Below are positions 52,700-64,000 of a DNA stretch of 64,000 nucleotides, one piece after another. The notes beneath the pieces were generated by a model. It was not told the origin of the DNA. It was given only the letters and a program-made list of their open reading frames with translations, and did not search any database. The translations under genes and the position numbers were made by a program. Numbering within the stretch: position 1 is the stretch's first letter; each line of letters starts with the position of its first letter. The stretch is from Haliotis rufescens (lineage: Eukaryota), in assembly GCF_023055435.1 (NCBI RefSeq), contig NW_025963780.1, forward strand, positions 5,270,001 to 5,334,000. The letters run 5' to 3'.

Positions 52700-53935
52700 T
52701 TGACACCAGATGTTACACCGAACGCAACATCAGAGGTTACAAAGATTTTACACTACCTTTAACACCGGAAGTAACACCACACCTAACACCACATGTAACA
52801 ACAGACGTAACGCCAAATGTAACACCAGATAAAACACCAGTATTGACACCAGGTGAAAATCCTAGAAGTAACACGTAAACCAAGATGTAACGTCAGATGC
52901 AAACCATGTATACAACAGGGGAAACACCAGATAAAACACCACATGTAACACCGTATTTAACACCAGATAAATCACCACATGTAACACCAGACAAAGCACC
53001 ACGTGATAACATCAGATATAATACGCTAAAACAAGATGTAACACCATATGAAACACCATATGTATCTCCATAGCTTACACCATATGTATCTCCATAGCTT
53101 ACACCATATGTATCTCCATATCTTACACCATATGTATCACCATAGCTTACACCATATGTATCACCATATCTTACACCATATGTATCACCATATCAAACAC
53201 CATATGTATTACCATAGCTTACACCATATGTATTTATTACCATATCTTACACCATAATATGTATCACCATAGCTTACACCATAAGTATCACCATATCTTA
53301 CACCATATGTATCACCATATGTTACACCATATGTATCACCATATCTTACACCATATGTATTACCATAGCTTACAACATATGTATGTATTACCATATCTTA
53401 CACCATACGTATCACCATAGCTTACGCCATATGTATCACCATATCTTACACCATATGTATCTCCATATCTTACACCATATGTATCACCATATCTTACACC
53501 ATATGTATCACAATATCTTACACCATATCTTACACCATATGTATCACCATATCTTACACCATATGTATCACCATATCTTACACCATATGTATCACCATAT
53601 CTTACAACAAATGTACCACCATATCTTACACCATATGTATCACCATATCTTACACCATATGTATCACCATATCTTACACCATATGTATCACCATATCTTA
53701 CACCATATGTATCACCGTATGTATCACCATATCTTACACCATATCTTACACCATATGTATCACCATATCTTACACCATATGTATCACCATATCTTACACC
53801 ATATGTATCAACATATCTTACACCATATGTATCACCATATCTTACAACAAATGTACCACCATATCCTACACCATATGTATCTTCATATCCTACACCATAT
53901 GCATCAACAGAAGTAACCCCATATGTATCACCAGA
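52700..53935. repeat. 12/24-bp minisatellite (ACACCATATGTATCACCATATCTT) grading from a degenerate 12-bp array
   Basis: Degenerate ACACCAnnnGTA units at 52700-53045; homogeneous 24-mers at 53046-53935. Confidence 0.93.
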
Positions 53936-56049
53936 TGAAACACACAAACATTGAAAACAATTTCGCCTTAAGCTCCCAGAATGTGTGTCTGCAAACGGGG
54001 ACCTTGTCAATATCCTATGTATAGGTCCTGTTTGTGCATGTAGAAGCAGTAACAGAGAGTATTGATCGGGAACTTTCATTTTCACCGCATATTAGCTCAA
54101 TCCAACAAATACATGGACCCTAGGAAGGCAACAGGATGTAAGAAACTTCACTGTTGATGTGCTTGGAGACAGGTTTCCCCCGTCTCTAGATCTGGTTATC
54201 CAGCCTGCATTCAACAAAAGAGGACTGAAACATTTTTAATCACCACATAGTGAATAATTCGTTACTAAATGGATTGATACGGCTTTGGTTGGTGGGTGGG
54301 TTTGTTGTTTAACGCCGCACTTAGCAATATTCCAGCTCTATGACGGCGGTATGTAAATAATTAAGTCTGGACCAGACAATCCAGTGATTAATATCATGAG
54401 CATCAATCCACTCAATTGGGATTGACGACATGCCTCAACCTGACCAACCGATCCCGTTAGTCGCCTCTTACGACAAGCATAGTCACCTTTTACAGCAAGG
54501 ATGCGTTGCTGATACGGCTTTGAAGGATGTTTTTACGAGGGTTAACTTTTCGAAAGGCTTAACAGCAATATCAACATCTGAAATTCGAAATCATGTGTCG
54601 TCATGTAAGACTGAATATGTTCATATATTTAAGTGTAACATTATTGTTAGTTGTTCAAGTAACTAATCGCGACATGATCACTATTGGTTATCATAATTGC
54701 GGTAATTAATATGAGACGCCAGAAAGGCATTATGATATGTTGAAAGCCATTTGTAATATAGTCAATGAATTGTTAATACTAGTGGAAGCGGTACTATTTG
54801 TAGACGATTGCTTAGTTGAACCTAACTATAAAAATGAATTTCAGTGTTTCATCCATATAATTTTCACCGTTATTTTGCTTCTTAAGCCAAATGGAATCTG
54901 TTTCGGCAGATAATCGAGACTGGTTATTCTCACGGTTTGTTCTCATGATGCATGTCTTGGACATAAACAACTTTCGTAAATCCCACGAATACGGAATGGT
55001 GCTGAAAAAGCAGTAAACATATACCCAGGAAGTATTTGGGATTCGATCCCCTGAATATATGTTTCTGTGTGCGAGAGGTACTCAACTGTGTACGGCGACT
55101 TACCTAGGCCAAGGCCACGGACAACCCGGGCCATTTATGTATAGGAAGCAGACCTTAATAATAGGAGACTACTCAATGATCACAAAGTAATTTTACACAT
55201 TCTGTGACATTGCATACCAGCATATTTGTCTTGATATATCTTATAGTGTTAAAATGATCCTTTATATGATTGAGATATTTAATTAAGTATTTATCCGTTC
55301 ACAGGTTTCATATCAAACTATTGCAACATGATTGACACTGATCCATGGTTTTTTTCCAGCTGAACACTGTGGTGTCGAACTCGACTTATCCGAGTGTTCG
55401 ACACAACCGTTTTCGAACGTCATTCACAATACCAAAAGAATGTCATCGAATGTGAAATACTTTAACAAGTAATCAAATATATAGTTATTAATAAAAGGAT
55501 AATAAAAATGTTATTCAAATGAACTCCCACTCCTTCTACATGCAGTATGCAGGGAAAACAACTTTAGAACTAAAATCAACTTTGAAACGTTTGATCTTTG
55601 TGAAAATACAACGCGTGCGAACGGCGTGAGGCATCAACAAAAAGTATAGGATTCGAAAGTTCAAGGTCTTGAACAGATTACACAGACTGAAACATAGTCA
55701 CTGAATTATCGCTTGAGAGATAACTATAAGAGGGTACCAAATAATAGTGTTACTTTTATTTAAATGTTGCTGCTAATATAATAATACCAATTCTCCGTGA
55801 TGAAACGTACCCACATGTAAATCACGTTGATCTGTACACACATTCACTTGTGCACAATACAGACATGTCTGTTTCAAGTATATAGACTCATTTGAGTACA
55901 TAAAGCATTTAAGCAATTCAAGCAGAGCTGATGTAACGAGACAATGAAATGTACAGACATGTGCACAACAGCAAGCTAAACCTAATGCAGAAAATACCAT
56001 ATAGTCCTAATGGAAAATTGTAATAAATCAAGACGTCATTCTTCGCCCA

Positions 56050-56490
56050 AAACGCCCATATTTAGATCTACTAAATGCAATAACGTCCATATACCGAAAT
56101 CTGCTTAATCCATAAACGTTCATATCGAGATCTGTTTAATGCATAAACGTCCATTTATCGTGATATGCTTAATGCATAAACGTCCACATATCGAGATCTG
56201 CTTAATGCATAAATGTCCATATATCGTGATGTGCTTAATGCATAAACGTTCATATTTATAAGATCTGTTTAATGCATAAACGTCCATATATTGCATTATT
56301 CTTAATGCATAAACGTTCATATATCGAGACATGCTCAATCGATAAACGTCCAGATATCAAGATTTGTTTAATGCGTAAACGTACATATATCATGATATGC
56401 TTAATGCAAAGACGTCCATATATCGTTTCATGCTTAATATATAAACGGCCATGAATCCACATATGCTTATTGGAGAAACGTCTATGTATC
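56050..56490. repeat. 33-bp degenerate minisatellite
   Basis: TTAATGCATAAACGTCCATATATCGAGATCTGC, about 13 units. Confidence 0.9.
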
Positions 56491-56809
56491 AGGAAGTGTT
56501 TAAGGGTTCATGTAAAAGTTATCTTCAAGGCAATAAATTACACCAAGTGATATTACAGACATAAATTTCAAACTCTTACTAATAACAAGAAACATTTGCC
56601 AATTGTGTGTACGTTTTCTACAGTAATGACAAGAATGTCCACTTTGTTACAACAAATACGACAAAGGTCGATAGGTAACAGTTTCGGTCTGTATTGTTGG
56701 GATTGCCAGCGCTCATCTCTAAATTACAGAACAGTTTGTTTGGCCGACGGCCTGGCAAACCTGGAAAACCTCCAAATCAAGACAAAGTGGGCCTCGATAT
56801 CATCAACAG

Positions 56810-56961
56810 TCAGTCATCACCACACTCATCCGATTCCTCTCCTGGGCAACCTCCTGGTGGTGCTGCTGCTGGTGCAATATTTAGAGCCGGGATTGTTGCT
56901 TTTGATGTCGCCATTGGTGCCTCTGTCGTGGCAACGGGTGTTGTTACCTCCCCAGTATGGC
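56810..56961 (-). CDS. Gene 3 exon 2: Thr/Ala/Pro-rich stalk with acidic C-terminal Cys pair (protein 152 aa); not in the ORF track
   Basis: Strong acceptor tcccttgcttccttctcag|GC (C+GC=Arg); translates HTGEVTTPVATTEAPMATSKATIPALNIAPAAAPPGGCPGEESDECGDD*. Confidence 0.8.
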
Positions 56962-57490
56962 CTGAGAAGGAAGCAAGGGAATGTTACCTGCACTAAATTA
57001 CTCTGCCAGCTGTACATGGTCATCTATCGCAGGTCATTGAGTACCTTCCTCGTAAGAAAACAATTTCTACCCACCCATTCTCAATTTGTACCCACCCATT
57101 CGCAAGTCTGAATGAAGATCTTCCCCACGGGATAAAAATCTGACATTCCCGTTTGATAAAACATTATTTTTGGAGCGGGACATTAAACCAGCGGGACATT
57201 AAAAACCAAAATACCAAATCACAAGTAGCCTATAATGGCGATGATTGAAATCATATTGGAAAGAGGATTGTGAAATGTAGTCATTTATAGCTTGAATATT
57301 GCTCCACGTAAAGATAAACTTGACTATTGGAAACTTGACGTCATACCTCTTATCATATAGTCTTGCGAAAAATCGTTTCTCACTCTGAATCTGTATGATA
57401 GAACTAACTATGAAACATGATGCGGATTACCCAGTTTCTTTATTTCACCTCCAGGTGGGTACCTCAGTGAAAAGGAATATCTGACCAATA

Positions 57491-57758
57491 TTGAACGTTA
57501 TAGGAACAATATAGTTATTTTAATATTAAATACCGAATATTCACTGTTACAACAATAATAAAACACAATTGCTGTGTTTTATTGAACGTTATAAGAACAA
57601 AATAAATATTATAATATTAAATACCGAATATTCACTGTTACAACAATAATAAAACACAATTGCTGTGTTTTATTGAACGTTATAAGAACAATATAATTAT
57701 TATAATATTAAATACCGAATATTCTCTGTATTAACAATAATAAAACAGAATTGCTGTG
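57491..57758. repeat. 91-bp tandem repeat x3 at the 5' end of the gene 3 intron
   Basis: Units start at 57491, 57582, 57673. Confidence 0.92.
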
Positions 57759-57772
57759 ATTAAGATACGTAC

Positions 57773-58079
57773 GTGCTAAGGAATATCCTTTTGATCCAGA
57801 CACGTTGACAAGTGTAAGCTGAAAAAGATCTTCGTTGTACAGTGAACACAATCCCTCACCTTTAGTGTAAAAAAAACTCTTACATGCATTAATTTCCAAA
57901 CCACAAAGCGTACCACACTCACATAGAGTAACCACCCGCTTGTTCATAATGATACAGTCTATTCCTTGTTTGTCATCGAAATGAGACATGTGTTCAAAGT
58001 TACTCAACATTACGCTTGAATCGGACACCGATACTTGAAGAACAAGAAGGATAAACACTCGAACAGTTGCGACAGTCAT
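57773..58079 (-). CDS. Gene 3 exon 1: signal peptide + PAN/apple-like domain
   Basis: MTVATVRVFILLVLQVSVS signal-like; CECGTLCGLEINACKSFFYTKGEGLCSLY; ends GSKGYSLA + C|GTACGT donor, phase 1. Confidence 0.87.
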
Positions 58080-58148
58080 TCTATTGCCATGACCTGGGTG
58101 CTAACGGGCAGAATCACAGTATGTTCCTCTCCTGTTAATGTACGGTAG

Positions 58149-58239
58149 TTTATACCGTTGCTAACGCCAACCCAGGGGGCTTAAAGCCAACAGCCTTTCC
58201 CTCATCTTGGACCAATCTATGTAATTGGATGCTGATTGG
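58149..58239 (-). promoter_or_regulatory. Putative core promoter of gene 3 (TATA box + three CCAAT boxes)
   Basis: TATAAA on minus at 58149-58154, about 70 nt upstream of the ATG; CCAAT/ATTGG at 58212, 58224, 58235. Confidence 0.45.
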
Positions 58240-59302
58240 GTAGTACTCTGATGTGTCATTTAAGGAACATGTACTCTGTCTCTGGCGCAGGGATTCAACG
58301 TGTAAATCTTTGCATTAACGCTATGAAAGCATTAAAAGCAGACAACGTTAATGTCACCTTGGAATGTTGTGTTTCTTTATATAGCAGTCATCAATAATGC
58401 ACTTATTTCACTACACGCTAGAAATATGGAATCAGTGTTATGGCATACCGGTGAATAAGTACAAAAAAAACTCGGAGAACAACAAATTAAACCATTGTTG
58501 GTATCTGTTTGAAATTAATACGATGCTGGTTCTGTTTAATTTGTGTTTACACACTTGAAACGTGATTTCAGACAGCATCGATTGCCACGTGAATGCAATC
58601 TTGCTGAGAGTAGTGTACACAGAACGCTAAACTTTTGTCAAATGCACGCAGGAAATATGTTATGACAGCAGATGTTTTTTTTGCTGTGAATAATGTGAAC
58701 GTCTTCACAGTATGATGTCAGACACACTTTTGTGAACATCAAATATCTTCTTGCTTTTGCATCATGAATCATGAAATTCGGAACATTTATGATCAAGAGA
58801 TGTTCAGTAAATTTGTGACCAACTCGTGTTATTCCGGCATTAGCCGAATAGCGACTGGATTCCGTCTACGCGCAAAACGGGCACAGCCAAACGAATGGTC
58901 AATTCGTTGCGCAATGATTCACGTATACCCCCCCCCATATATCATAATTTTATATATTCCAGATGCTATTAAGAAGACTTACAATATTTTACAGAATGTT
59001 TTAACACATCTTGGGTATATTTTAACATGCAAAACATAAGTAAAATCAAAAATTATTCTTGAGATATTCTTTGCCCAAATTACTTTAAGTTAAAGGCGCA
59101 TTCAGATTAATGCGTCGTATTTTCGCACATAACTTTCACCGATAGAAGGACGTGTCTTCTTGCAACTTACGGAAAAGGGCGAGTGGTGGCGAATGATGTT
59201 CAGCAGTGCTGGGGTTCGCTGGACGGGGATTGGATCACAGATTCGCGATGATTATGATCTTTGATGTTTAAGCGTCCTACCCGTGCTCGTGACTGCTTCA
59301 AA

Positions 59303-59910
59303 GATTTCATCACATTTATCGAAGAGCCACATTTGCTAGTTAAGCAAGTTGATTTCATCACATAGACCGAAGAGCCACTGTTGCCAGTTAAGCAAGTTGA
59401 TTTCATCACATAGACTGAAGAGCCACTGCTGCTAGTTAAGCAAGTTGATTTCATCACATAGACCGAAGAGCCACTGTTGCCAATTTGGCAAGTTGCTTTC
59501 ATCACATTGACCGAAGAGCCACTGTTGCCAGTTAAGCAAGTTGATTTCATCACATAGACCGAAGAACCACTGTTGCTAGTTAAGCAAGATGCTTTCATCA
59601 CCTTGACCGAAGATCAACTGTTGCCAATTAAGCAAGTTGATTTCATCCCATTTATCGAAGAGCCACTGTTTCTAGTTAAGCAAGTTGATTTCATCACATA
59701 GACCGAAGAACCACTGTTGCTAGTTAAGCAAGATGCTTTCATCACCTTGACCGAAGATCAACTGTTGCCAGTTAAGCAAGTTGATTTCATCACATAGACC
59801 GAAGAACCACTGTTGCCAATTTGGCAAGTTGCTTTCATCACATTGACCGAAGATCCACTGTTGCCAGTTAAGCAAGCTGATTTCATCACCTTGACCGAAG
59901 GTCCACTGTT
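59303..59910. repeat. 48-bp minisatellite, about 12.5 units
   Basis: GATTTCATCACATAGACCGAAGAGCCACTGTTGCCAGTTAAGCAAGTT; 144-bp higher-order duplication (59557 / 59701). Confidence 0.93.
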
Positions 59911-62805
59911 GCTGTTGTGCTTCAAGAAACATAATGTCTTGGTCTTCTACAGTAGGTGGTCCGCAATGACGATTTTTCTATTTTGATTAAACACAATTCA
60001 ACATAGCTTAAGCCTTGTACGTAGTGCGTTGTTTGCATCGGAATGAAATATTTTATTCTTTTTCTTCTCTCACATAGTAATCTCTTTCTTCGATGAGTTA
60101 TTTTGATAATCCCAGTCATAATAGTTATTACCTAACCATTTCCTTTTATTTGGATAACATTATTTATCATATAATGGGTAGCTTTCACGCCAGGATAAAG
60201 CCAACGGATAAAAACGATATCCGTTGGAGTCATATGCGGATAGAGATGCAAAAATCAAAGATCAAGTTAGGACTTCTTTCACTGTTTACAAACAAACATG
60301 GCGTCGCCCTAGTCATTAGGCGATCGAGTCAGAATTAACCATCGGGAATCTGGATAAACTACTGGGATAATTGCTATCATTATCAAAAGAACAGTCTAAT
60401 ATACTGAAAATCAGTGACTAACTGTGAAGTAGCTAAGACATTTTACAAGTTTGGGCAACATTGGAGACATAAATTGCGAAACAATGAACGTCTGACTGTG
60501 GCGTGACGTCTCAGAGACTAGGGTTAGAGTAGCTTCCCTTTGACAAAGGGCAGTTACTCTAGCGGACAGGCCGATGGATTGCCGCGAAAGGCAAGTAAAA
60601 ACGATTCGTGTAGGCAATTATTGTTTTGCGTTTTTGTTGTTTCGCCACTGTATAAGACCATGTTTCAGTTGGAACTATATTGGCCACACACTTACCATGT
60701 GACGTAAAATATATTGCGCACATTCCAGGAACATTCGCAATGTTTCGGTAATGTTTGTGAGAGAAGGAAAGCGATTTTCAAGCACAGAATTGAAGAATGA
60801 CATTATATGATAAGGAGGTTATCACGCTTGTGTGTTTGGGGATAGTAAATATCCTGTATTAGGAATGAACATTGTATTTAGCGTTTATGTTTCTAGGTTT
60901 CTAGGTTTGTCAGCACCATACCCGTGCTCGTGGGTTTCACCGTAGTGGTAAACGCGATATAACTGGAATACCCAGTCTGTTAAAAGCGGCGTTAAACCCA
61001 ACTCACTCACTCACTCACTTACTCTTCTGTTCGGCGAACAGGAAGCTGATACGTTCAAACATGTGTGGATGGGCCTTGCCGATGATTTTCTTGAGTCACC
61101 CATGCCAACCCTCCCTTCGATCTTGGGCTTTCTGTGTCAAAGTGGTTCCATGACTGATGTGTCAACTCTCCCTCTATCCAGTTCTCGGCTGCAAGTCGAT
61201 GATCGTGGGGCATGTCGGCAAGGCCTGGAGCCAGATCTAGATGTCATCTACCTATACTAATAAGATGAAATTGTAGATAGAAAGTTAACTTAATTAATTT
61301 CATTAATTTATATACCAAGTTCAGTTGCTTTATATGTCAAGATAACGTACATCAAGTTAATTTACATAACACGTTACTTACCAGGCGCAATGGTACCACG
61401 GGTAACACAGCGGAGGGTCGAACGAATGTGGCAATGTCAAGGTCGTGCTCATATTCCGTTTTGAGACCAAAATGTTGCGCTTTCCTCCAAACGCACCGGG
61501 TGAAGTTGAAGAAGCATCCCTTTAGGGATGTCGCACTTCGAGTAAAAAAATGTTCATTAGCACAATCCTAAAATATCAATAATGTTAAATTCACTAGTCT
61601 TGTTACCAATCAAGATTCCTTTGTGAATTAAAATATGTTTAAATCACATTTTGAAACACTAGAAATAACTACCTGTATACACATACATGGCGGTATTGTG
61701 TATAATATTTACTTCTTAGTGTATAATAATGCAATGTGGTAGGAATGTTTTGGGTTTTTTGTCGCAACATTAAATTGAGTGAGTGAGTTGGGTTTAACGC
61801 CGCTTTGAACAGTATTCCAGTTTTATCACGGCGTGTCAGTTTAATGTGGGAGGTAAGGCCGCAGTGATGCAGGTCTCAGACGTTTACCACTTCGGTGAAA
61901 CCCACGAGCACGGGTATGGCGCTGACAAAGCTAGAAACATAATCGGGGTGAACTGGGATTCGAACCCACAATCATAGGTGTATCTGGACAGCGAATTGCG
62001 GCGCCTTAGACGACTGGGCCACCTGTGCCCCCAGCACCTTTGAAGAAAACTGTAACCAAGTGACGACTGGGCCACCTGTGCCCCCAGCACAATTGAAGAA
62101 AACTGTAACCAAGTTAACGTTGTGACCAAGGTTGTTACTTCAGTTTCCAAAACGAGATAAAGGAACGCTGTGACAACGTTGTGGCAACCTCTATATATTT
62201 TAGATATATCCTAGAAACCCCGTCTCTTAAACAAAGACTGTCAATGATGGTTCACCTAGCGATCTGTAATGAGAAGCAGACATTTGCATTATCGAATTTC
62301 TGACTGTGAGAGGACGTTTACCGTAGACGTACTAAAGCCGATCTTATCATGTGAGTCAGAGGTAAAGCCAAAGACCATGTTGTTTAATGAATAGTTTACA
62401 GGCCAAAAGTGACTAACATGCAACAGGTAACCAAACTTTCATCTGTCAATTTGTTTATCAAACAAAAATTCAATTTTTGTCCTTAACCTGACTGTTATTT
62501 TTATATAAAAAAACACATTTTGTAACCAAAAAAAAATGCAAGAAAAAATTCAAACATAAGAGTGAGTGATTATGGTTTTACCCGGCTTTTAGCAATATTC
62601 CAGCAATTTTCCAGCAATATTCCAGCAACATCACGGCAGGGGACATCAGAAATGGGCTTCGCACATTGTTCCCATGTCGGGAATAGAGCTAAAACATAGG
62701 TAAGAGGGCCAGTATTGGAAAACAATACAGATGACAAACTGCCCCCATCGCAGCTTTCTTCCTGTTACTGTCACTCCATACACCTTCATAATCATTTCAA
62801 GTTAG

Positions 62806-62968
62806 GGGGCGGTCGGGTAGCCTAGTGGTTAAAGCGTTGGCTCGTCACGCCGAGGACCCGGGTTCGATTCCCGACATGGGTACAACGTGTGAAACCCATT
62901 TCTGGTGTCCCCCGCCGTGATATTGCTGGAATATTGCTAAATGCGGTGTAAAACCAAACTCACTCACT
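62806..62968 (+). mobile_element. SINE family A, full-length copy
   Basis: 12-bp TSD ATTTCAAGTTAG at 62794 and 62969. Confidence 0.9.
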
Positions 62969-63125
62969 ATTTCAAGTTAGAGGCCACAGGCCAAACCATA
63001 GAACATAACATTACAGGACTACAATTACTGATTGAAGGACTTATACAATGGTTAGAAGACATCAGGCGAACAAAGGATTCCAGTGATAGATTTAAAAGTA
63101 TTTAGGTTTCAATGTATCGATTTCC

Positions 63126-63600
63126 TTAATCATTAAAAGAAGGGCATGGAAGTTCCAAATGATGTTCATTTTCCAGAAGGCTAATATTTAATCGAAGACA
63201 ATATCTACATAAGCGACATTCTGGATCGATGCCATTGCGTCTGCCCAATTCGATCATCAACTGATGAGAGCCACATCTAAATCTTGACAGCGCTTGTTTC
63301 CATAGTGTTGGGTCGACTTGTGTAAGAGATAGTTCGGTGTGTAAAACTGATATGAAGGTTGAATATGCCATTAGCTTTGGATTTTATGATATTGATGAAT
63401 GCCGTCCTTGGATGTTGTTATCGGACACACGTTGTTTACACTGCGATATGAAAAAATAAACATTTCCAACATCTTGCATAATCCAGGCGTAGCCAAAGCC
63501 AAACTGGAATAAGATATGTTTTTTTTGTTGCCCATGAAGTTCTGTTTACGCAATCCAATCCAGACAGCATCAAATACGTTTGCTTCGGTATTCGGCCATT
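63126..63600 (-). mobile_element. Decayed LINE 3' ORF2 fragment, same motif class as 36750-37425
   Basis: ALSRFRCGSHQLMIELGR...RLCRYC...ENEHHLELPCP. Confidence 0.75.
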
Positions 63601-64000
63601 GTTCATAATGACTGGTTTAGTCCAAATATTTTCATCTTACCGAGGCAAGAGAGGTAACTGACTATAAAAGTCCAGTTTCCATCCTTGCCGAACTAGGCTG
63701 GTATTATGGAGTTACATTTTGACTGGACTAACGAGTCTATGCATAATTCAATCAAAATCGCGCAACGGAATCGAAATCCGGTTCGTAAACTGTCGTGCAG
63801 ATTTCGGTCGATTACAGGATTTGTAAAGCATGTGCACCGCCAACTCGTTGTCAACAGATATTTTCCAAATCTTTACATGTTTTTTGCAAGGTGCTCACGT
63901 GATTTGACCCGTTTTATAACAATATAGATATTGATTATCGATCAGATCGTCTTGACTGGGTGCCACCATTTTGTTTGAAGCAAATGCAAGTAATACGAAA

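Larger units (their letters stand above)
51314..60883. repeat. Diverged inverted repeat pair (about 51314-52250 / 60160-60883) bracketing gene 3
   Basis: For example, ATTATCCCTGTAGTTTATCCAGATTCCCGATGGTTAATTCTGACTCGATC (about 52047) matches the reverse complement at about 60323-60371; the right arm lacks about 200 bp. Confidence 0.85.

Noticed and set aside
53383-53916. His-rich ORF (HHMYHHIL)n, and poly-His/Arg ORF at 4827-5078
   Set aside because: Incidental translations of a minisatellite and a microsatellite.

Overview
AT-rich, repeat-dense eukaryotic (invertebrate) genomic DNA. The SINE repertoire suggests a mollusc, probably a gastropod such as abalone (inference only). There is no prokaryotic gene content and no CRISPR array. 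The main signal is a tandem cluster of three paralogous two-exon genes on the minus strand (CDS 20276-29522, 39338-49830, 56810-58079), which the ORF track shows only as fragments. In each, exon 1 encodes a signal peptide plus a PAN/apple-like module (C-x3-C-x6-C-x11-C), ending at the same position with a phase-1 GT donor. Exon 2 encodes a Thr-rich low-complexity tail of very different length: 931 aa of Asp/Thr/Ala decapeptide repeat, 74 aa Thr/Ser plus Gly/Asn, or 49 aa Thr/Ala/Pro. The rest comprises four SINE-like families sharing a 3' tail, Penelope-like relics with minimal hammerhead ribozymes (two inverted pairs and one solo), LINE and mariner fragments, MITEs, about ten unrelated minisatellites, two long inverted duplications and one 149-N assembly gap. 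All calls were made by eye; no database searches were run.
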